From contig NC_068997.1 of NCBI RefSeq assembly GCF_001194135.2, positions 30,741,360 to 30,787,521 on the forward strand: a stretch of DNA of 46,162 bases, in the 5' to 3' direction. Origin of the DNA: Octopus bimaculoides. Lineage: Eukaryota. Shown here piece by piece: positions 36,471 to 46,162 of the stretch. The position numbers were made by a program, and so were the translations under genes. The stretch's first letter is position 1. Every line of letters starts with the position of its first letter. The notes beneath the pieces were generated by a model. That model saw only the letters and a program-made list of their open reading frames with translations. It made no database searches and had not been told where the DNA came from.

Positions 36471-36790
36471 AAAATGACAAGAGTTGAGGTACATAATAAT
36501 TGCCAGTAGAGGAATAATATCAGGCATAAGCAAGTGATGAGCGTAGGACATGAAATGTGAGGCAAAAGTTTCCCGAGGCAGTAATAATTGCAGTGAGGTA
36601 GAGTTTTTCACGTAGAAGCATGTACCAAAGAAGTTTTAGTTTATTAGTTCTGCTGTGGTGGGCAGGTTTTCTCAAGCACAGCAAGGTGCTAAATATCTTG
36701 GTCCTTTGTCATCTCCAACTTAAGGATCAGCAATTTGAAACTGGCCCCCAAAGCATTGTCCCTTGTCTTTCTGAGTCTCTTTCTTTGTTA
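36470..36790 (+). pseudogene. Probable Helitron RepHel remnant following the array (Cys motif and FLKH segment)
   Basis: Frameshifted KCEAK-FPE..CSEG-RV (36553-36605), GFLKH (36665-36679) and ETGP (36738-36749), in the order expected after the Helitron N-terminal repeats. Confidence 0.4.
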
Positions 36791-36915
36791 TGATGTGCAT
36801 GTACACGTTGGTTGTAAAATAACATTACCCAAATATATATTTGGAATGTGGTTGTGTAGAATAACTTATTGCAGAATTATTATGTCCACAAGGAACGCAC
36901 TCCGTATTACTCGAA

Positions 36916-37073
36916 TGTAGGAACGATATTAAACCTACATATGTCGCACTAACAGAGTAACTAATAGGGTCGACCAACACGGTCAGCTGCCTTGACAGTT
37001 CACACAGTTCTTATTGAAATACGTTAGTCCACTTTCAGTCACGTAGGAGGGGCGTGTGCTCACGATTCTACCA
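36916..37073 (-). repeat. 3' LTR (~158 bp) of the gypsy element with adjacent polypurine tract
   Basis: Ends TGTAGGAA...TTCTACCA (TG..CA, imperfect inverted ends); minus-strand PPT AGGAAAGGAGGA at 37076-37087. Confidence 0.65.
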
Positions 37074-40000
37074 TATCCTCCTTTCCTAAGAATTAAACTC
37101 CGTAGGAGTTTAATATCTTTTTCGTTTAAGGTCTAATTCTAGTGCTTCGGTTCTTTTTCTTTTTCTGGCACTTGGACGTGTGGTTTCAATCTATTTAAGT
37201 GTTGGTACCTCAAACATATCCTAAAGCACTTCCTTGAGAATTTCATTTCTCGCGACCGTTTCTTCCGTAAATCATTTTCTAATCATTTACTTTCCGTAAA
37301 TCATTTTCATTTTCTAAGTAGGTTTATTTCTTTCATGTTCGAATTTTTTAACTTTTACCAAGGATAACACTTTTCCAATCTCTTTAATAATCACACTACC
37401 CTGCCATATGTCTTTACTCTTTCTATACATTTTAAAGAAAACTATGTCAGCTATCTTGAGATATTTTGAATTATATTTATTGTTCGCCATTTTACTCGGT
37501 AACAACTTGGCAAAGACAAATCTAAACTTTCTAGCGAAGATTAATTCTGCAGGTAACATTCAAGACGGGGTTTTCGGATTAGGAGTTACTCAGTATACTC
37601 TTAGAAATTGTTGAAGTGTTAGATCATCCATTACTTCATTGTTCGCCTTTTTAAAACACTCTTAAAAGCATCGATAAAACAATTGTCCATTTGACATTGG
37701 TTGATACGTCGGTGTAGTCACATGTTAGATAACGAACATTTTACAAGATTTTTTGAACTCGCCTGAAGTAAAATAAGTTCAATTATCAAACACAATGGTA
37801 TGAAGAATACCATATCTGGCAAACGATTCGTGTAAAAAGCTTACTGTAACCGGGGATGTTGGCTTTTACTGTTACCGTTTTGTGGTAGATGGTTTTGCTG
37901 CTAGGGAACAACCTCTGCATGCCTTCACTAGTTCGTCAATGTCATGGTCTATCGTTGGCCAATACACGTAACTTCTCATGAATGATTTTATTCTCAAAAA
38001 TTCCTGGGTGGCTAATGTGAAATTTCTTTAGTATTCATTTCTGTAATGTAGCTGGCATTACTAATCCTTGTGTGTACATTAACACATAGTCACAAATTGA
38101 GAAAAGATTCGAATTTGTGTTGCGTTTAGCAAAACACATGTTTATTTCATTTTTCCAACCTTTACTATTTCTTTCATTTTCTAAATAAATTCATCATTTT
38201 CCGCTTTTAATTTTGTCTTGTAATGTAACTGATAATTCACATGTGACACTACATAGAATATTTTAAACTTCTTTTCCCGCTCGCAACGCAGAAATCACGG
38301 TATCTTCAAAAGGCTCAGTATTTTTCAGTATCAATATTGACAATCAGCGTGTCCTAAATGTTTGGATTGTATGAACTCGGCCTTAATTTAGTAATATGAT
38401 AACCCTAGCATTGCAATCTGTTCACAGTATGGATAGGTATCCCTTTCTATGACCCATACATAGATAATAACGGACGATGATCACTCTGTAGTTAAAACTT
38501 TATACGGTGTAAAAGTCTATGAAATATTTACATGGAAAACACAATCGCTACAGCCTCTTTTTCGACTTGGCTGTAATTTATTTCAGCTGTAACCGCAAAC
38601 GTGAGGCATGAGCCATGATCTTTATGATGGTAACATCTTTGTATTTATGAAGTATTACTGCTCCGATACCGTACTCACTGACATCTAAAGGTACTATAAT
38701 CTCCACTGCAGGATCGAAATGTGTTAAAGACAAATCTGATGATAATATCTTTTTAATTTCGACAAACGCCTTCTGACAATTTTCAGACGATTTCCACATC
38801 ATTTTTAGTAGATTATTTAGTATAGATGTTACCTAGTGCATATTTGGTATATAAATTTCATAATAGATTGTCAGTCACAAAAAAGCCTGTAAGGTAGATA
38901 TACTTATCGGAGGGAAGTATATTTTTAATCGCATCTGCCTTCGACAGATCTGGTCGACCACAATTTTTATCAATGTTTTTGTCCTAAATACTTAATATTT
39001 GCATTTCTCCTTACTCAGTTTGAAAATGTAAACTCTTATTCTTTCAAAAACACATTTTACATGCGTGACATGCTGATCTCGAGATTCACTTTTAATTAAT
39101 ATATCATCCACGTAGGCCATTGCAAAGTCACACTCTTGATGGAATATAGCCAGAGCAACGTTTATGCCAAACAGAAGCCGAGTAAATTTCTACAGACATT
39201 TATGGGTATTAATTGCTACTAGTTTAGAACATTTGTCTTCCATTTGCATTTGTAAGTAAGCATCAGAAAGATCTAATTTAGAGAAAAATTTACCACAATT
39301 TAGTTTCGAGAAGATTTCTTCTGGGCTAGGTAATGGGCACTAATACTCTCTTAAATATTCTCTTAGTCCTGTCGAGAAATCTGCACAAACATATATTTTA
39401 TTGTTCTTTTTTTAACGTACAATATTTTATTGTTCTTTTTTTAACTCGCCTACAGTGAGCAATCGTTCTTTCCAATCACTCCTATTTTTTACAGTCTGTC
39501 TAATTCTTTATTTATCTGTTCCAATGTTGCAAACGGTAAATTAACTTTGTGTTTGAAAACCGATAATGATTTTCTTTTACCTAAAAGTTGGCTTTGAATT
39601 TATTGCACTGACCCTACTCATCCGAAAAACCATCAGGAAACTACTTTATTCACTTCTTTTTAAAAACCTTCTACCTCTGTATTTGAACTGGCGCATGGCC
39701 CCATTACATTTTTACAAAACTTATTTATGTGCAAATCACATAAGTTGAACAGTTCCATCCAGTCAATCCCGAAAAGGTTGCTTGTATTTTTTAATATATA
39801 AGACTTCGCTTTTATAGTCTTACTGCGAAATGTAACGTTACAGATAATTTCGCCTTTAGAAATTGATTTAGTTCCTAAGACACCACGTGCAATCTTCAAG
39901 GATTTTTGTAGCATAGGTTTCCCGATGTTTTCCATGTATTTTCATTAATTAAAGTAATGTCAATACCTGTATCTAGTTCTTATTTTACATTTGTGCTATT

Positions 40001-40096
40001 AACTTTTACATCCATAAATTTCCTTTGCATCCCGTTTGTATTTCATGTCGCCGATAAAAACGGTGGCGTTATATTTCTATTGAACTCTTTTCTATT
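36916..40096 (-). mobile_element. Ty3/gypsy LTR retrotransposon remnant (protease-RT-RNaseH-integrase), 5' part lost in gap
   Basis: ELDTGIDIT (protease); KLDLSDAYLQ and AYVDDILI (RT); DVSEYGIGAV (RNase H); integrase pieces at ~37300-37950. Many disablements. Confidence 0.9.
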
Positions 40097-41069
40097 NNNN
40101 NNNNNNNNNNNNNNNNNNNNNNNNNNNNNNNNNNNNNNNNNNNNNNNNNNNNNNNNNNNNNNNNNNNNNNNNNNNNNNNNNNNNNNNNNNNNNNNNNNNN
40201 NNNNNNNNNNNNNNNNNNNNNNNNNNNNNNNNNNNNNNNNNNNNNNNNNNNNNNNNNNNNNNNNNNNNNNNNNNNNNNNNNNNNNNNNNNNNNNNNNNNN
40301 NNNNNNNNNNNNNNNNNNNNNNNNNNNNNNNNNNNNNNNNNNNNNNNNNNNNNNNNNNNNNNNNNNNNNNNNNNNNNNNNNNNNNNNNNNNNNNNNNNNN
40401 NNNNNNNNNNNNNNNNNNNNNNNNNNNNNNNNNNNNNNNNNNNNNNNNNNNNNNNNNNNNNNNNNNNNNNNNNNNNNNNNNNNNNNNNNNNNNNNNNNNN
40501 NNNNNNNNNNNNNNNNNNNNNNNNNNNNNNNNNNNNNNNNNNNNNNNNNNNNNNNNNNNNNNNNNNNNNNNNNNNNNNNNNNNNNNNNNNNNNNNNNNNN
40601 NNNNNNNNNNNNNNNNNNNNNNNNNNNNNNNNNNNNNNNNNNNNNNNNNNNNNNNNNNNNNNNNNNNNNNNNNNNNNNNNNNNNNNNNNNNNNNNNNNNN
40701 NNNNNNNNNNNNNNNNNNNNNNNNNNNNNNNNNNNNNNNNNNNNNNNNNNNNNNNNNNNNNNNNNNNNNNNNNNNNNNNNNNNNNNNNNNNNNNNNNNNN
40801 NNNNNNNNNNNNNNNNNNNNNNNNNNNNNNNNNNNNNNNNNNNNNNNNNNNNNNNNNNNNNNNNNNNNNNNNNNNNNNNNNNNNNNNNNNNNNNNNNNNN
40901 NNNNNNNNNNNNNNNNNNNNNNNNNATCAGAACCAACTTTCAGAGACAATAGTAAAATATAGTCAACTATTTTTCTGGTATGATACTGAACTAAATTGTT
41001 TTGGTACTAATTCCTTAGAACTAAGTTGTGACAATATAAAATAAAGTTATCTACATAGAAACACAAGTC

Positions 41070-41122
41070 TCAATAGTGGATTTGAACTCAACCCATGAAT
41101 GTTAACCACTTTACCATCTCCA
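41070..41122 (-). mobile_element. Degenerate tRNA-like SINE head
   Basis: Minus strand reads ggagaTGGTAAAGTGGttaac..GAGTTCAAATCCac. Confidence 0.35.
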
Positions 41123-41893
41123 CTTTCTCTCTCTCGTTCTTTCTTTCTTTCTTTCTCTCTATCTATTCATTTATTCATTTCAATGAAAGAGAAAATAATT
41201 CTCATGTTAACATCAAACATCAATCCAAATAAGCTGTGGTAAACTCCTCCTGTGATGTTTTTACCTTTATTGCAATCTATAAAGTATCATGAATTTGTGG
41301 TTTGTGGTTTACTTGTTCTTAATGTTGTTGTGTATAAGAGACTGGGAACAGGGGGTACACAAGGTGCAAGTGCACCTACTAACAATTTTGGTGTGTGCAA
41401 AATAAAAATTTGCACCCTGCACATACGTTTCCAGGATGAGGAAGCAGTGTTTAAAAATTGATCTGTAAAAATTTGTTTAAAATTAAGATATCTTCAAGGC
41501 AAGAACCATGAACTAAAGTTAAAATAAAACCAACAACATTCCTAGAAACACATATTACTGAACTAAACCATTTTCAACATCAATATTTGAAGAATATGAG
41601 TGTGTGTGTGTGTATGTGCATAATAGCGTTGTAGTTCACTTGAAGCATTGTAATATCGAAGAATGTAAAAAGATAGAAAAAGACAGTTCTAGCAATGCAG
41701 AAGGTTTAATAAAATTTTTATATGTCAGGTGCCAAGGCCATCTTCAGAAGAAAAGAGCAGTCTAAGAAAAATTCAGAGTGTCCTTTTATTCTGAAGATGG
41801 GCTTTTGCGCCTGAAATGCAAAGGTTTTACTAAACTTTCTGCATCGTCTGAAGCTGTTTATTTTCTCCCTTCATATATATGTATACATATATT

Positions 41894-41953
<60 letters not shown>

Positions 41954-42404
41954 GAAATGTGTGCATCAATAAAAATATAGATACAGAAAATCTCATTTTT
42001 AATCGTTGAATTCACCATACAAAAGCTGATGACCGTTTCTGTTGTATCAACACGTTAAGATAGAAAATATATCATTCAAATCAATTTGTCCGAAAATATA
42101 TATTAATACAATGTTTTCAATTCGAGCCATAGTTAATTAAATTCAAAATGAACTAAGAAAATATCACCAGTACAAGAACACGTACAAAAAGAACGTTAAG
42201 AAGAATCATAATCTAAGAAATTTTTGTGTTCAACTATTTGTGACATCATTGGATAACAGAAGAGTAAAACATAAACTTATGAACTCTACATTCTGACAAT
42301 TAGAAGCAAGCATTCTACGTTATGACAATTAGTAATCTTTTTATTAAATATACTAAACTTTTTTCAAAAAATTATGCTTATGATATATGAAAAGCAATTA
42401 TAAT

Positions 42405-45326
42405 TAAGAACTACCAGTGAACTGAAGTAACATTCCTTATGTTTCGAGCCCCATCTGAAGTATTCCAGCAGTTCCAAGCAGTGATGTTTTCTGCAAGTGC
42501 TCATTGCAGCCGCTATTTGTTCCATGTACTCCTCAAGATTTTTATTCACTCTTCTCAGGGCTCCGACAATTATTGGTACTTTTTCAGCGACTACAACTTC
42601 TTAACCTTCGAAGCTAGCCTAGCATATCTATCAACTTTTTCTTCCTTATTGCATATCTTGTTATCAGCTGGGCATGCTATATCTATGATCCAGTATAGTT
42701 TGTTTTCTTCCTCAATTAAGACTAAGTCTGGCTTCCTATTCTCTATCTCATGGTCGCACTGAACCATACAATCTCATAGGATCTTTGCATTATCATTTTC
42801 AATGATGCCTTTGGGTTTATGCTGGTACCAAATTCTGCACTTAACACTTGTAATATGTTAACACTTGTTATATGTTGCCTATTCTGTATTTGATGTAATT
42901 GGTTCTCAATGCTTCACCTTGGGCAGCACAAATTAGAGCCTCCGTGTCCGGTTTTAAATCACTTTTAGTCATCCATAGCCACATTTTCCCTATCTGTCTT
43001 ATCTTTAACATCCCTATGAAATTATCCATGCATTCTTTTCTTTATCCTCCTATTTTCAGTTTCATTAATTCTCAAGTATTTGTACAGTGCTTTATCGTTG
43101 CGATCTTCTATCCTACACAAGCCTGACCTTCTTACTTCTAATAATAGCTGTTCTGTGGTCTTTTTTAAAAATAACATGCTATGTTGTTTTCTTCTGCTCC
43201 AATGCTGTGTCCACATCCAATCAGTCCTCTCCCCCCACTTTTTCTTGGTACATACAGTCTGTCACATTTTGGGTGGAGTGTCCTGTATGTAGTTAGCAAC
43301 TTCCTTGTCTTTCTGTCTAAGCTGTTTAGCTCGTCTACTGTCCATGCAATTACCCTTACTCCATATCTAAGGAGTGAAAACACCCACGTGTTGATAGCTT
43401 CAATCTTAATCCGTCCGGTTAATTTGGACTTAAGGATCAGTGTCAGTCTGGGCAAGTACTCCACCTTAAATTTTTCCGTCATTTCTTTCTCCGTCAATTT
43501 ATCCATTTCCAATCCTCAAGTTCTTATAGCTCGTCTCTTTTATCTGCTTCACAACCTCCCCCGACGGTATCGATAGCCCGTTCATACATTTGATTTTGCC
43601 TCTCTCCAAGACACACCACACTTTTTCATTCCGAACTCTATTCTGATATCAGCACTGAAAGTATCAACGAGGGAATTGACTTGGGCTTTATCTTTACCAT
43701 AAAGTTTGAGGTCATCCATGAATAACAAGTGCTTGACATTTTTTTGGCGGTTTTTGAACACATATCCAGCCTTTGGTTTCCTCAGAATCAGTGTTAGTGG
43801 TATCATGTACAATACAAAGATCAGTGGGGACAGGCAGCATCCTTGGAAGATGCCTCTCTTGATTTCTGTTGTCCATAAACTTCTTCCATATGCTGTCATG
43901 TCCGTCCCCCACTTCGCCATACTTTTTCCAAGCAATCGCTCAACATTCAATGCAATACCAAATAGGTTCATACATTCTATCATCCAAGAATGTGGGATCA
44001 TACCGTACACCTTACGATAATCGATCCATGACATTGTTAAATTAGTTTTCCTCCGCTTACAGTCTCTAAGTACAGTTTTATCCATCAGGAGTTGATTCTT
44101 GGTACCTCTGTACTTACGCTTGCACCCCTTCTGCTCATGTGTCAGGACTCCATTTTTTCCAGATGTCTGTACATTGCCTCTGCAACTATTCCACTCATTA
44201 GTTATCACATAAGTGGCAAGCAGGATATCGGTCTGTAATTGTCTATCGTATTGCCATTTTCGATGTTTTTCAAGCACAGTACTGTCCTACTCATTGTTAA
44301 CCACTCAGGTGTTACTTGGTCGGTATTTAACAAGGTGTTGAGTTGCACAGCTATTCGTGCATGACATTCACCAAATCTTTTGATCCAGTAGCCTTGAACG
44401 CCATTTGGTTCCGGGGCTTTCCAGTTCCCCATATTTTTGCTCATTTTCTTCACTTTCCCAACTAAAATGACTAGTTCTGCCTGTTTGGGACAGTTTATAG
44501 TTTGTTTCACTTCTTGCAGCAATCCAGCACCCTTGTGCTCCTTGTCTTTGCTCCAGATGTCACTCTAAAACCTTTGACGTTTATTGTTGTCTGGTATCAA
44601 CTTTTCCTCCGTACACTCTCCATTGATATCTTGATAGAATCTCTTCTGATCTACTCTGAATGACCTATTCTGCTGATGTCCCTTCCTTCCTTTGTCGTAT
44701 CTTACCATCTTTGCTTTCATTGCAACGAGGCGCTGTTTCAGTTTCTTCATTATTACTTCCAGGCCCTTTCTTTCAATATTATACTTCCTCTTCAGAGTCC
44801 TGTATTTTTGTTCGCTTCTAAGCTCCCTCTTCTCTTTTCAGTATATAATAGAAATGACTTTCAAGAGCATATATACCCCTGCCTGTATTCTTCTTTTCCA
44901 TCATGGATCTTTTATTTTGTCACTCCCATTTTATCTATTTTTCTTGACGTCAACAGCCACATTTTCTGCTACAACAAAACTTTCTTTCTTGATCAAATTG
45001 TTTGTTTCTGCGATGACTCTTTTTCTAATGTATTTCAGAATTTCATTCACATTTTCGTTTCTTGGTTCAATTTCCATCGATCAACCTTTTTAAGGTTGCA
45101 AGTAATGTCACTATCGTTCTCCTGTAGCCTTGCCTTTATTCTGTCGTAGATTGCCTTTTGCCCATCTGTCATGTCATCATTAGTTTTATTGTCTTCTTGC
45201 AAACCATCTATATGTCTCGCATTGTGCAAGCTATCAGTGTTCCTTTCCTGTGGTTTATTAGATTTCACCTCTGTTTTCTGCTATGAGATTACTTTTATCA
45301 ATAAGAACTCTATTTTAATCGTTTCC

Positions 45327-45328
<2 letters not shown>
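42405..45328 (-). mobile_element. R4/Dong-clade non-LTR retrotransposon (RT + restriction-like endonuclease), decayed
   Basis: NWKAPEPNGVQGYWIK; NYRPISCLP; [13 protein letters not shown]; RGIFQG; [11 protein letters not shown]; KPD..LIEEENKL.WIIDIACPAD; LQKTSLLGTA. Confidence 0.9.
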
Positions 45329-45367
<39 letters not shown>

Positions 45368-45392
45368 TAATAATAATAATAGTAGTAATAAT
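45329..45392. repeat. (TAA)n microsatellite between the two R4/Dong copies
   Basis: Direct reading. Confidence 0.95.
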
Positions 45393-46162
45393 TCTGGTTT
45401 AAATACCTGACAGAAATGCACAAAAAGCTGGCTGAAAACTTTAACAACATACTAGCAGAGCTAGAGACTATGCCTGAATGACTCACGAAAGGGAAAACTA
45501 TCCTAATTCCCAAATCCACGGAAACGGAGAAACCAAAAAACTACAGACCTATAACCTGTCTCCCTACAATCTACAAAGCCTTTACTGCAATACTATCGCA
45601 GAGATTGAGTAAGCACCTGGAAAATAACAACCTGTTTCCAGAAGAGCAGAAGGGATGCTGCAAGGGCTCATACGGCTGTAAAGATCAAATAATGATCAAT
45701 AAAGCCATAACTGAAGACAGCTGCAGAAAGAAGAAGGGCCTCAGTATGGCCTGGATGGACTACCAAAAGGCTTTCGACAGTGTTCTTCACACGTGGATTC
45801 TCGAAACACTATCCATAAACAAGGTGGCACCAATTATTATAAAATACATAAGGCACTCTATGAATAAATGGCAGACAGTGCTACAAAAGAGGGACTCGTG
45901 AAACAAAAGAGGACTCATGAAACAAAAGAGGGACTCGTGAAACAAAAGAGGGACACGTGAAAACGAAAGCCATCCCCATTAGAAGAGGAATATTCCAGGG
46001 AGGCACGCTCTCTCAACTCCTGTTCTGCCTGGCACTCACACCTTTAACTGAATTGCTAAGTAGAACTGGATGCGGATACAAATGTTACAGCAAAACAGTC
46101 AGCCACCTTTTATATATGGATGACCTAAAATTATACGCTTGAAATGATAAAGAGCTGGAAAC
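45393..46162 (+). mobile_element. Second, divergent, 5'-truncated R4/Dong-clade RT; continues beyond the window
   Basis: FWFKYLT; KNYRPITCLPT; EEQKGC; AWMDYQKAFDSV; RRGIFQG; SHLLYMDDLKLYA. Confidence 0.9.
45884..45962 (+). repeat. 20-bp unit x4 inside the RT
   Basis: caaaagagggactcgtgaaa repeated with lengths 20, 19, 20, 20. Confidence 0.9.

Noticed and set aside
32916-36611. Many 60-140 aa hydrophobic ORFs on the minus strand
   Set aside because: They are antisense translations of the purine-rich array, not genes.
9117-40952. Long ORFs full of X in the track (e.g. 9117-10019, 13586-14461, 17593-18564, 28180-29112, 39957-40952)
   Set aside because: They are artefacts of reading through N gaps.
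41720-41830. Inverted pair of CTGAAGATGG motifs, one followed by GAAA
   Set aside because: Stems are poor, there is no GAAAC..NUH, and the motifs are too short to call.

Overview
AT-rich eukaryotic (animal) genomic window from a gapped short-read assembly, with N-runs at about 9270-9972, 10501-11082, 13627-14429, 14990-15369, 17762-18427, 27663-27762, 28234-29097 and 40097-40925. The SINE/RTE repeat complement resembles cephalopod (Octopus) DNA (inference). Most of the sequence is decayed transposons and microsatellites: three Penelope-like elements (two Naiad-like, one Neptune-like) with minimal hammerhead-ribozyme-like motifs, four RTE LINE pieces, two R4/Dong-like LINEs placed head-to-head, two mariners, one Tc1/maT-like remnant, a Ty3/gypsy remnant with its 3' LTR, tRNA-derived SINEs and two Helitron N-terminal remnants. 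Between them are several well-bounded candidate exons of an unidentified minus-strand host gene. Main observations: (i) a ~3.9-kb purine-rich ~70-bp satellite that looks like a greatly expanded STPR-like 23-aa repeat of a Helitron; (ii) a near-complete Penelope-like element with a ~1-kb inverted pLTR and variant hammerheads, inserted inside a SINE microsatellite; (iii) a 476-bp tandem/fold-back unit; (iv) a three-fold repeated intron/exon module. All calls come from manual reading; no database search was run, and boundaries are approximate unless splice sites are given.
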